The notes: a model not told the origin generated them from the letters alone. Positions 27,794-36,480 are shown, numbered from the stretch's first letter. The stretch is 64,000 nucleotides of DNA from Saprospiraceae bacterium (GCA_028285085.1 JANQQI010000106.1:2224-66223), one strand, 5' to 3'. Made by a program: numbers and translations.

Positions 27794-28711
27794 TTATAGG
27801 TTAAAAATTGTTGAAGCAGGTGGTGCAGAACGATCGCTGAGCCACCAGCCTAATAGAATCGGGACCGCAAAGCCCATCGCATTTAGCGTGCCATGGACGG
27901 CGTACATCCAGGGGATTGACAAAAAGGGTAAATCTAAAAAGGCCCGCCAGCCGTATAAAGTGGCCAGCAGCATTCCAGCCAGTAAGGCGAGTCCGCCAAT
28001 TAGCCAAAGGATACCAACCGGCTCCGTTCGTTTTTTCCAGCCCAAATTCAAATGGGCCAAGGCGACTCCGCTCCCGGCTAAGGTCATAATGGTTACCGGA
28101 ATGGCTTCGAGCAAAGGGGGAAATCCAAGATGATCGCTGGTAATTCCCAAAGCCACCAGAGGCATGCCTAATAAAATACCCCAGCCTAATAAAGGGCGAA
28201 TTTTGGCAACAATATGAGGCAAAACCCGCGCGGTAGCTAAGGGCAAAATGAAGCCTGCATAGTGAAAATGGATACCCGTAAGCAATACGATGATGGGATC
28301 GTAACGCATGGGGTAGTAGCCCCAGCGATCGAAGCATACCCACGCCGCCCCGACAGTCAAAAAGACAACTGCTCCCAGTTCGCAAAGTCGGTGTAGCTTT
28401 AAACTGGACCAATCACGCAATTGCCTGCCCGCTACCCAGATCGCAAACAATAGCCAAGGCAGCGCAAAAAGTCCTGTCAAAGTGCTTGGCTCTAGCATAT
28501 AAGCAAAAGCCAGCAGCAGGCCAGATAGTTGGCCTACACGAATAGTCATTTCCGGCAGCTTCAGCATCCGCCAACCCAAGGGCACTAGCCAAAGCACAGC
28601 GGCTAGCAAAATACAATGCACATAAGCAGTCTTGAAGGCCGATTCTGGCATAATCCAAGTGCAGAGCACCAGCCAGACCAAGGCACCACCGTTTATGTTA
28701 AGCCATCTCAT
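27794..28711 (-). CDS. Polytopic membrane protein, YndJ-like
   Basis: The sequence predicts about 9 hydrophobic helices. The start overlaps the DUF1990 gene stop by 4 bp. The family call rests on my recollection of DUF1990/YndJ co-occurrence and is tentative. Confidence 0.55.
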   Translation of the reverse strand: MRWLNINGGALVWLVLCTWIMPESAFKTAYVHCILLAAVLWLVPLGWRMLKLPEMTIRVGQLSGLLLAFAYMLEPSTLTGLFALPWLLFAIWVAGRQLRDWSSLKLHRLCELGAVVFLTVGAAWVCFDRWGYYPMRYDPIIVLLTGIHFHYAGFILPLATARVLPHIVAKIRPLLGWGILLGMPLVALGITSDHLGFPPLLEAIPVTIMTLAGSGVALAHLNLGWKKRTEPVGILWLIGGLALLAGMLLATLYGWRAFLDLPFLSIPWMYAVHGTLNAMGFAVPILLGWWLSDRSAPPASTIFNL

Positions 28712-29292
28712 GCCTTGGTCAATTCTTGAGCTTGGGCCAGATTGCGCATCCCCGTTGTCGATTCATGCCCAAAGCGTTTTTGGTGGTAGCGAGCCAGGGG
28801 ATAGGCTAGGCGGACCAGCCAGTGGTGAGGCTTAGAAAAGGCTCGAATGTGATAATGGATTTGTCCATCCGCCGAGCGTTCAATCCAAAAGCATTCTTCA
28901 CCGCTTTCGATATGACCTACTACCGTTCCGTAAGCAAAACCAAAGCGGTCAGCTTCATCAATGGTATAAATAATACGAGCACTATTAATCCACCAGATGC
29001 CGAATAAGCGAAATGAGACCGTCACTTCCTGGCCCACGACGAGCGGCGCGTTGGCAGGATAAATGCCCGTCCAGCCCGCTGGAAACTGTTGCCAGTGGCG
29101 AAGCGCCCGTTTGGCAGCTTCCCAGACTGCTTCGCCACGTCCCAGAGCAATTTTGTAGTGATCATTATCGTAGCCTGCAGTAAAGTTTTGTTGACTATGA
29201 CCCCGCTCTGTGTAACTCAGGGGACGATGTTGCGAATGATCTAGATAAGCTTCGAGAATTTGAGGCGTAGGAACTTTTGTGCTGACTTTCAT
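28708..29292 (-). CDS. DUF1990 (UPF0548) family protein
   Basis: 'FAYGTVVGHIESGEECFWIERSADGQIHYHIRAFSKP' and 'LGRGEAVWEAAKRALRHWQ' match the conserved DUF1990 pattern. Confidence 0.8.
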   Translation of the reverse strand: MKVSTKVPTPQILEAYLDHSQHRPLSYTERGHSQQNFTAGYDNDHYKIALGRGEAVWEAAKRALRHWQQFPAGWTGIYPANAPLVVGQEVTVSFRLFGIWWINSARIIYTIDEADRFGFAYGTVVGHIESGEECFWIERSADGQIHYHIRAFSKPHHWLVRLAYPLARYHQKRFGHESTTGMRNLAQAQELTKA

Positions 29293-29369
29293 TTTTCGGT
29301 CTTATTTTTATGCAATATAAATTATTGTTTCGTTATTTTCAATAATTTCTGAAAATAAAATAAATTCAA

Positions 29370-29960
29370 ATGCGCTACTTCAAGTTGTACAAACCATTTG
29401 GGATGCTGAGTCAGTTTAGTCGAGAGATGCCAGAACATCGAACTTTAGCGGATCTAGACATATTCCCGTCTGAGGTTTATCCGATTGGACGATTGGACAA
29501 AGACAGCGAGGGGTTGTTGCTACTGACGGATGATAAGCAATTGAATCATCGTCTGCTCGATCCTAAATTTCAGCATCCACGCACCTATTGGGTACAGGTG
29601 GAAGGCTTGCCCGCAGTATCTGCGCTAGCTGAACTAAGAGCTGGTGTTGATATTCGGATTAACAAGAAAGTGCATCATACCTTGCCGGCGCAAGTGCAAT
29701 TGTTAGAGGAGGTACCTGATTTACCGGATCGCGATCCACCAATAAGATTTAGAGCTAATATTCCTACGCAGTGGTTAGAAATTACCTTGACGGAGGGCAA
29801 AAACCGACAAGTGCGACGGATGTGTGCCAAGGTGGGTTTTCCGGTACTGCGCTTGGTACGCAGCAGCATAGTTGGCTTGAAATTGGGACCATTAGACCCT
29901 GGTCAAGTGGAGGAATTGGACGCAAAAACGCTTTACCGATTATTAGAGATACCGCGCTAG
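29370..29960 (+). CDS. Pseudouridine synthase, RsuA/RluE family (no S4 domain)
   Basis: It has 'YFKLYKPFGMLSQF', the catalytic 'GRLDKDSEGLLLLTDD' and 'EGKNRQVRRM'. Confidence 0.9.
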   Translation: MRYFKLYKPFGMLSQFSREMPEHRTLADLDIFPSEVYPIGRLDKDSEGLLLLTDDKQLNHRLLDPKFQHPRTYWVQVEGLPAVSALAELRAGVDIRINKKVHHTLPAQVQLLEEVPDLPDRDPPIRFRANIPTQWLEITLTEGKNRQVRRMCAKVGFPVLRLVRSSIVGLKLGPLDPGQVEELDAKTLYRLLEIPR

Positions 29961-31234
29961 TTGCTACTTGACCCCATGAAAGCAAGGGCAAAAGAGACGA
30001 CAGCTATGATTAGCCCATACATAAAAACGCCGTAGCAGATACGAAGGAATTTGTATTTCTTCGCGAGAACGATGCCCAGATAATATAAATCTCGCGTCAT
30101 GGAGCTGTATAGGAAGTCCGCATCTTTGATCATTTCTGTCATTCCCCAATTGAAATCATCCAGGCTCATATTATAGAAATTACCGAAAAAAAGCAGATTG
30201 GACCGCTTTTGCTCGATATCTTCTCGGGTAAATTTTCCTTCGGTCACCTTAGGACGAGTTGACAGTGTAGCAAACACAATCGCGAGTAAACAAACCCCCA
30301 GTAGAATAATCGTTGGAATTATAAGTTTAGGATTATCTTCGAATCGGGGCACCAAGGTGGAGATAGTGATCGAAATAATGATGGCGTTGATACTCAACAT
30401 AATGTTCGCCTTGTTATCGGCGATGGAGCTCAGATTAACGTGCGTCCGATAAGTGGTACGGTACATTGTTTCAACACCACGCCCCAGACTCAATTGCTTG
30501 AGTTGTTGCTCAGTCGTCTGCGCAGGATTGCCTTTTTTCTTTCCTTTCTTCTTTCCTTTTTTTGGAAGGCGTGCCATCTCATCGACAGTCATTACCTCCT
30601 GAGGATTCAAGCGCATTTTCTGCTTTTGTAGCTGCCGAACGTGTTTTTGTTTACGCTTACCGTAGAGATCTTGCCCGACCGAAGTATGAAAACGATGATT
30701 GCTGATAAATTCGAGTTCAAATTCTACCCACTCTCGCTCGGTCATCAACAAATCACGCGTAAGCGTCAATTCCTGCCGAACGCGACTACAGCGATCCCAG
30801 TAGACCTTCTGCCCCAAATGACTCAAATCGGCATCACAAAGAATGCGATGCAGTAAATTTTGAGGATCATGGGGCATTTGGGTGGCTAGAATACAGGCTT
30901 CGATTTCGACTAGGCGTTCTTCGGGATAATTGCGGCCGCTGAGATAAGCCCGCGCGTAGCGCACGCCGCGCTCTTCGTGATTCTCAGGGCCCTTATCATA
31001 GCCTGTATCATGAAACCAAGCGGCAAGTTGAATGATTTCCAATTCTTCGGGACTGAGCTCAAAATGACTGGAGATTTCGCGGGTAGCGGCAACGACATCG
31101 AGTGTATGTTGCACATCATGGTAGGCATATTCCTTGGGCACCTGCTCAGAAATGAAATTGGTGACGTAGGCTTCTACTTCAAGTAAAATATTGTTTTCTG
31201 CCTCCATGGCGCTGCTGCTTTTAAGAAAAGTCAA
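29957..31234 (-). CDS. HD-domain phosphohydrolase fused to a Pycsar-effector-like (DUF5706-like) transmembrane domain
   Basis: The N-terminus carries the H..HD..D signature ('YHDVQHTLDV', 'AAWFHDTGY', 'CDADLSHLG'). A Lys/Gly linker 'KKGKKKGKKKG' follows. The C-terminus has 'SSIADNKANIMLSINAIII' followed by 3 predicted TM helices and 'NLLFFGNF'. Confidence 0.7.
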   Translation of the reverse strand: MTFLKSSSAMEAENNILLEVEAYVTNFISEQVPKEYAYHDVQHTLDVVAATREISSHFELSPEELEIIQLAAWFHDTGYDKGPENHEERGVRYARAYLSGRNYPEERLVEIEACILATQMPHDPQNLLHRILCDADLSHLGQKVYWDRCSRVRQELTLTRDLLMTEREWVEFELEFISNHRFHTSVGQDLYGKRKQKHVRQLQKQKMRLNPQEVMTVDEMARLPKKGKKKGKKKGNPAQTTEQQLKQLSLGRGVETMYRTTYRTHVNLSSIADNKANIMLSINAIIISITISTLVPRFEDNPKLIIPTIILLGVCLLAIVFATLSTRPKVTEGKFTREDIEQKRSNLLFFGNFYNMSLDDFNWGMTEMIKDADFLYSSMTRDLYYLGIVLAKKYKFLRICYGVFMYGLIIAVVSFALAFMGSSSN

Positions 31235-31540
31235 TGAAGTGTACTGGTTTGAAATCGATGTTTTCCTTATATCGTAAGATATTTAAGCATAGGTTCGTTC
31301 ATCGACTAGATCGGATCGCACTAGGAAGACATCTCAAGAATCAGTCCGAGAGCGAAAATATTAAAAAAACGGTCTTTGACAAATTCCGCAGGCCATTGAA
31401 AAGCAAAGCCGCTCGTAAGGAGCAACCGATTTCACCTTTATTTTTAAAAAAAGACAGGTCTCTTTTACTATTAAGTTAGGTGTTAAGAAGTTTGGTCCTT
31501 GAGACGATTTGATAACTAAATCCTTAACGCGTTCTAAAAC

Positions 31541-32998
31541 TTATTCTTGGTATTTCGACTTCAAATATTGACCCACCTGTGCATCTGACCAATTCCATCC
31601 TTTCCAACTCTTAGTTCGATTTTGGAACCTGTGAACTTTCCGATCTAACAATTCACGATGATATTCAGACACCTCGTTTCGTTCAAAATGTTCGATAAGG
31701 AGTGGAATATTCTTATTTGAAACATCCTGTAAAAGGAAAGTATAATCGATGGGGTGTTGTTGAGCCTGCTTGAGGTTGAATTGTGTAATGAAGATATCCC
31801 AATTGATGAAACAACAAACAATAAGAATACTATACCAACTCCATCCATTGATGTGTGCTAAAAAGAAGGTCGTTTTGCGCTCCGAGATTTTGAGCCAAAC
31901 TATCGTTAGACCTATGAAAACGAGACCCAAAAAAATCATGACACCGATGCGTTTGTAAGCGAGTCCGTTTGCGAGGATATAGTCGAAATTGCGCAGGAGT
32001 AGAAGAAACGCTAAAATGGCATTCTGAGCAATCCAGAAATACGCCATCCGTTTTAGTTTGCTATTTTGAGGATGGAAATTAAGATTGCGGCGGAAAAAAT
32101 AGAGTAAAATCCCCATCGCCAACAAAATTGAAAGAATCAGTAAGTATGTCCCGCCGTGTACCGCATTAGAATAATGACTAGCTTGCCAAAGTCGTTGATC
32201 CTCAAAACAAATAGCATATAAGTCGCTAACATTTGCCAAGAGCAGCAAAACATTTAAACCAATTATCATGATCCAAGCCGTTTGGAATTCTTGCTGCAAA
32301 CCCAACATGCCACGCAGCGGAGTCTTGCGGCGTTGGCGCTGTAATTGGAATCCAGTATTTGCCTCAAACTGATGAAAATTGGAAAAAGTGGATTTCGTTA
32401 ATAGACTAACCGTAAGCCATAATCCGCCAATGAAAAACAGAATTTCTCCGGGAGAAGCATTGAACGACATCCAATTGCTGAGATATTGCCAGAATCGATC
32501 AGAGAGTTGACTGAATTGGGGATTGGCCAAGTAGTATAGCAAATAAAAGAATAGGAAGGCTAAGAGAGGGAGTAAACTTAATCGAAAACTCCGCCAGGCG
32601 AGTCTTGGTCGAGGCATAAATGATGGTGTCAACCACTGATTGATCCAACGCTTTGGTCCTTCTCCAAAACTAATGATCATCAACAAAAAGGCAAAGCCAA
32701 GGAAACGCAGCTGACGCTGCTTTGCAAAACCAACCATAGTCGCAAAGGATAACAGATGTGCGACCTTACTCAATAGCGAATTTTGCCAAACCACAACTAG
32801 CCCGGTGAGTAGTGTGCCTAAAGTGGTGATCACCACCGGGCGCGAGCGATACAATTCTGGCTCTAAAGCGTACAAAATACCAATCACCAGCCAGCAAAAA
32901 ATCAAGCTGTTTAATCCCATATTAGCTTGCCAGAATAACCAATGGTAAATAATGGCTACAGCAATGATGAGGTAGGAGCGGATTATTTCTTTTTTCAT
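31541..32998 (-). CDS. Large polytopic membrane protein (DUF4153/DUF4173-like)
   Basis: The sequence predicts at least 10 hydrophobic helices. I prefer the ATG at 32998 (MKKEIIRSY..) because the longer ORF would overlap the upstream small gene. Confidence 0.6.
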   Translation of the reverse strand: MKKEIIRSYLIIAVAIIYHWLFWQANMGLNSLIFCWLVIGILYALEPELYRSRPVVITTLGTLLTGLVVVWQNSLLSKVAHLLSFATMVGFAKQRQLRFLGFAFLLMIISFGEGPKRWINQWLTPSFMPRPRLAWRSFRLSLLPLLAFLFFYLLYYLANPQFSQLSDRFWQYLSNWMSFNASPGEILFFIGGLWLTVSLLTKSTFSNFHQFEANTGFQLQRQRRKTPLRGMLGLQQEFQTAWIMIIGLNVLLLLANVSDLYAICFEDQRLWQASHYSNAVHGGTYLLILSILLAMGILLYFFRRNLNFHPQNSKLKRMAYFWIAQNAILAFLLLLRNFDYILANGLAYKRIGVMIFLGLVFIGLTIVWLKISERKTTFFLAHINGWSWYSILIVCCFINWDIFITQFNLKQAQQHPIDYTFLLQDVSNKNIPLLIEHFERNEVSEYHRELLDRKVHRFQNRTKSWKGWNWSDAQVGQYLKSKYQE

Positions 32999-33005
32999 AA
33001 CGCTT

Positions 33006-33341
33006 TTATTTTTGGTAAGGCTTAAATAAATGAACAACCCCAATTGCAGAGCTAAGCGCTCCCACAACCGGAAAGAGGAAAACGGCATTTGAAGATTCGT
33101 CTAACTGGCCATCGTACAGCGCAAGAGCTAAGAGCAAGCCGCTAACGATCAAGAAAGTGAGTCCGGCAACCAGATATCGGCCAACTGATTTTCGCCAACT
33201 ATATCGACGGATAAACATTTGATAGATCAACATCAAAAGCATTAAAGCCATGTATAACAAGCAAAGGGCAAGCGCGGTAAGAAAAACAAACAGCATGAAA
33301 GGAAGCGAATGATGCATTGTCTTTAAGGCGAGTTTAAGCAT
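33006..33341 (-). CDS. Small membrane protein (3 predicted TM helices)
   Basis: The 111-aa protein is hydrophobic. Its start overlaps the upstream gene by 8 bp, and its stop lies 7 bp before the downstream start, which is an operon layout. Confidence 0.5.
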   Translation of the reverse strand: MLKLALKTMHHSLPFMLFVFLTALALCLLYMALMLLMLIYQMFIRRYSWRKSVGRYLVAGLTFLIVSGLLLALALYDGQLDESSNAVFLFPVVGALSSAIGVVHLFKPYQK

Positions 33342-33717
33342 TGAAATGTTGATCCAAAATATCTTCTCTCTCTTTTTGAATTAAGGCTGGTTGAGTATAC
33401 CGCCGGATATATTTCTGCCTTACTATGAAAGCTAAAATGGCAGCAATGATGACCAGCGGCAGGCAAAAAATATCGAACCAGACATCTGCCTCGGGACTAT
33501 TGGCTGCGAAAGCCCACATGCAGAGTAAATTGAGTAGCAAAAAGGTTAGGTTCCCGCAAAAGCGGCCAAAGGCCTTCTGCTGTATAAAAGGCACTGAACC
33601 TCGTTGAGCTTGGACGCCAGCAATGATGAGATTGATAACCATGGCTAGAACCGCGATGCTACTCGTAGCGAGGAAGATAAGTGCGGCTATGAGGCCGTCG
33701 AAATTGAGATCGTCCAT
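33334..33717 (-). CDS. Small membrane protein (4 predicted TM helices)
   Basis: This hydrophobic 127-aa protein is the first gene of a three-gene operon that encodes only membrane proteins. Confidence 0.5.
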   Translation of the reverse strand: MDDLNFDGLIAALIFLATSSIAVLAMVINLIIAGVQAQRGSVPFIQQKAFGRFCGNLTFLLLNLLCMWAFAANSPEADVWFDIFCLPLVIIAAILAFIVRQKYIRRYTQPALIQKEREDILDQHFNA

Positions 33718-34124
33718 GATGCTTGATCGTTTTTTCTTTTTTGGATTTGTGATGCATATTTGGCCGGTGGGTAGAGTTTTGGGCTTTGAGGGAGGGACCC
33801 ACCCTCAGCCGCCACCGCCGGCCGATTTTGGCCGCAATATTTTTGAGGCATATAACACCCAGCCTTTGCCGGGAACATTTTTATGGACAAGAGGTCAAAA
33901 CAAGTTTTTTAGAAACATTTCTACTATCTATAGATTCCATTTTTTCAAAATTCCATAAAATCATATTTTTTTATTATTCAACTGTTGGGTTAATGGATTG
34001 ATAATCAGAGAGAAAAAATTTTAAAAAAATTGAGTTTTAATTTAAAAAAACGCCCATCTTCCAGGTTTTCTCTATTCATAATTGTGTAAGACAAGCACAA
34101 GAAAGCAACTCTACATTCAATTGC

Positions 34125-34841
34125 TTAATGATCTCTCTCATTAATTAAAGTGGCGAAAGTCAGATATCCCATTAACAAAAAGCCGGATAAAATTAGTGTA
34201 ACCTGTAGTGGACCACTAAGCTGCATACTGAGAAAGATATCTTGAAAAAGGCCTTGAGGATTGGTGAGAATATCCCAACTATTCCAGCGTAAGAAACGAC
34301 CGAGATAAATGCCAAAGGCACACAAGACGATGGCGCTGAAACTGACACTCCAGCTTACCCAGTTGTTAAAACGTCGACGGAAAAAAACTTGGACTTCATA
34401 CAGCGATAGGAATCCGAGTAGTAGTCCCGTCCACGCAAAGGAGATCAGAAGCATCAGGTCGTACCAATAGGGAATTGGCGCACGGCTGCGCAAATGCAAT
34501 AGATCGGTAAGAATGTAGGGGGCATTTGGGAAGAAAAGAAGCCAGGAAATGAGCATTAATCCAATGATCCATCGGGATTGAAAATAGCGATAACTGCCTT
34601 CTAGAAAAAGGGCAATGCCGTAGGGAATCCATGCGAGAAAGAGATTCCAAACGAGGAAGAGAAAAGTTGAAGCGCCGCGTAGCCTGATCAAATCTTGGGT
34701 AGACTGAATTTGGTTGAGGTCAAAACTAGAAAGATGAAGGCGTGTGCCAACCAAGGCCAGACAAAATGCAGTACTGCCCAGCATGAGCAGGAATAGTTTG
34801 AATTGCAATGGACTGCGGAATAAGGATTTTATTGTTTGCAT
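34125..34841 (-). CDS. DUF1361 family membrane protein
   Basis: It has the 'FLVWNLFLAWIPY' and 'FFPNAPYILTDLLHL' motifs characteristic of DUF1361. I prefer the ATG at 34841 (MQTIKSLF..) because the longer ORF overlaps the upstream gene. Confidence 0.75.
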   Translation of the reverse strand: MQTIKSLFRSPLQFKLFLLMLGSTAFCLALVGTRLHLSSFDLNQIQSTQDLIRLRGASTFLFLVWNLFLAWIPYGIALFLEGSYRYFQSRWIIGLMLISWLLFFPNAPYILTDLLHLRSRAPIPYWYDLMLLISFAWTGLLLGFLSLYEVQVFFRRRFNNWVSWSVSFSAIVLCAFGIYLGRFLRWNSWDILTNPQGLFQDIFLSMQLSGPLQVTLILSGFLLMGYLTFATLINERDH

Positions 34842-34869
34842 AGGATTAAATTTTAGAGGAAAAAATTGT

Positions 34870-35883
34870 TTAGTGTAAATGGACTTTGTGGTAGACAAAA
34901 TACCAGCGAAGATGCTGGCCGAGCCACTGAAATAGTCGTCCGCTAAGTCGGCCATGTTGTCCGCGCTGACGTGCGATGCGGTAGTGCGCCACGTGCCAAT
35001 GAGGGGCAAAACGCAGTACACACGGCAGCAAAAATTGGGTGTAATACACAAAGCGGGTGCTGATGTGATTCACTCGGTGACTGCTTGCGGAGTGGGGTAA
35101 CCCAAAAGCTAAGGCAATATGTTCGGGCAGCCAGGCGCCGGTTAGATGGCGTAGCCAGATGCGGAGCGGATAGGGGAGGCGGAAAAGTGCACGGGCAATT
35201 TCCGCTCCCACATGGCCCACACAAAGCAAATGGTTCGAAAGCTTATGATAAGTGCTGTAAAAGTCTTTGAGGTCCTTGGGATAGGTATCGAGTGGGATGC
35301 CCATCAGCTGAGCCGCGATTTTGCTTTCGTTATAAAATTGTTCGCGTTCGGCGGGAGTCAGCGGGCCAACTGTCGCCTTGTAAGCTACTAAAGTGGTATC
35401 AATCAAAGTGGCGAGTACCCAAAACAGCAGATCGGGGTCGGCCGCAGTAAAGAAGCGGTTACAAAATTTGTCGTCGTCCTGGGTAGCCGCCCAGCGAGCC
35501 GTCCCTCGAATCATGCTGTGAATACGAAAAAGTCTTTTTGCAGATTGGCAGGCGGTATCAACATCGCCAAACCAAATATGGATCATAGAAGTAAAAGTGC
35601 GGTGCGCTCGTCCCAGCGTATCTTTTTCAAAATTGCTGTATTGTGCAACGCCAGTAGCGATAGCCGGGTGAGCAATTTGTAGGAGCAAAGCACGCATTCC
35701 TCCTAGTAAGATGCTCGGCTCGCGATAAAGCCGCCAGGTCATACTACCGGGACCAAAAAAACCGACTTCTGGCTGGTTAACTTGAGCGCGTAGATGGCCT
35801 AGTTGCTGGTTGTGCCAGGCCTGACGTTCTTTGATGGCGACAGCTTCGGTGGCGGAGGGTGGAGCAAAATTAGGCAATGGCAT
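34870..35883 (-). CDS. MpaB-family oxygenase (DUF2236)
   Basis: 'FFGPGSMTWRLYREPSILLGGMRALLLQIAHPAIATGV' is the conserved DUF2236/MpaB core. Confidence 0.85.
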   Translation of the reverse strand: MPLPNFAPPSATEAVAIKERQAWHNQQLGHLRAQVNQPEVGFFGPGSMTWRLYREPSILLGGMRALLLQIAHPAIATGVAQYSNFEKDTLGRAHRTFTSMIHIWFGDVDTACQSAKRLFRIHSMIRGTARWAATQDDDKFCNRFFTAADPDLLFWVLATLIDTTLVAYKATVGPLTPAEREQFYNESKIAAQLMGIPLDTYPKDLKDFYSTYHKLSNHLLCVGHVGAEIARALFRLPYPLRIWLRHLTGAWLPEHIALAFGLPHSASSHRVNHISTRFVYYTQFLLPCVLRFAPHWHVAHYRIARQRGQHGRLSGRLFQWLGQHLRWYFVYHKVHLH

Positions 35884-35892
35884 AGGTTGATT

Positions 35893-36405
35893 TTAAAAGG
35901 TTAAGGCTTGCTTGGTCAAAGGTTGACGGGCAATGAAGCGTTGCAAGTCCAGTAAAGGCTCACCGAGTAAATATTCGAATTGCCAACGAGCGATCGAGCG
36001 GTAGCTTCGACCTTGTTGGAAAGCCTGCCAGTAAGCGCCCAAATGCTCGGGGGCGCAGATCAACCCCAGACCAGCAGCACCGAAAGTGTATAGCGAGCGC
36101 TTGCGATTGCCGATCAGGAAAAACTGCATGCGCACCTCACCGGCAATCGTGGTAGGGAATGCAAATAAGACATGCATGACATCATGATCTTCTAGCTTAG
36201 GCATCAATTCAAATTGTTCGCGCTGGAGGAATTCGCCCAGATGATGTCCTAAACTGCCTAGCGGAAAAGCCAGCAAACTTGTTTTGGTATGCGACCAAGC
36301 TTGTCGATGCTTTTTGTACCAACGAGCGTAGATGGATTTAGTATGATGAACAAGTCCGATAAGCATACGATCTCGATATTTGAGTAGCGTTTTACTGAAT
36401 GTCAT
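35893..36405 (-). CDS. Coq4-like protein (HDxxH-x11-E metal motif)
   Basis: 'EDHDVMHVLFAFPTTIAGEVRMQ' is H-D-x-x-H followed by 11 residues and then E. That is the zinc-ligand spacing described for the Coq4 family. The 170-aa length is shorter than eukaryotic COQ4. Confidence 0.6.
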   Translation of the reverse strand: MTFSKTLLKYRDRMLIGLVHHTKSIYARWYKKHRQAWSHTKTSLLAFPLGSLGHHLGEFLQREQFELMPKLEDHDVMHVLFAFPTTIAGEVRMQFFLIGNRKRSLYTFGAAGLGLICAPEHLGAYWQAFQQGRSYRSIARWQFEYLLGEPLLDLQRFIARQPLTKQALTF

Positions 36406-36438
36406 TTTTCATAGATTTAGTTTGTTTTTTATAAAAGT

Positions 36439-36455
36439 ACTTTGAAATTCAAAGT
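36439..36455. promoter_or_regulatory. Perfect 8-1-8 palindrome ACTTTGAA-A-TTCAAAGT (putative operator overlapping a -7-like promoter box)
   Basis: It lies 34 bp upstream of the Coq4-like start codon. It is embedded in a 26-bp block (36432-36457) identical to 37441-37466. The minus strand reads TAACTTTG, which fits the Bacteroidota -7 consensus TAnnTTTG. Confidence 0.6.
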
Positions 36456-36480
36456 TAAGTAGCAAAAAAAAGAGTTTAAA

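Noticed and set aside
27801-28658. A 203-aa and an 81-aa same-strand alternative-frame ORF inside the YndJ-like gene.
   Set aside because: Their translations are Arg/Gly/Ser-rich and lack the TM periodicity of the 305-aa frame. That frame is also translationally coupled to its neighbours.
29957-29960. The convergent pseudouridine synthase and HD-TM genes share a palindromic CTAG that supplies both stop codons.
   Set aside because: The overlap is real but trivial, and no functional implication can be supported.
31234-31479. An 81-aa plus-strand ORF in the gap between the HD-TM gene and the DUF4153-like gene.
   Set aside because: It is Lys/Arg/Ser-rich with no motif. It lies in what is more likely the promoter region of the HD-TM gene, and nothing supports coding.
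33623-34001. Plus- and minus-strand ORFs (33623..33958, 33687..33890, 33786..34001) in the 407-bp intergenic region.
   Set aside because: The first overlaps the 5' end of a real membrane-protein gene. All of them cross a GC-rich palindrome and AT-rich sequence, have odd composition (poly-Pro, poly-Phe) and show no start-site context.
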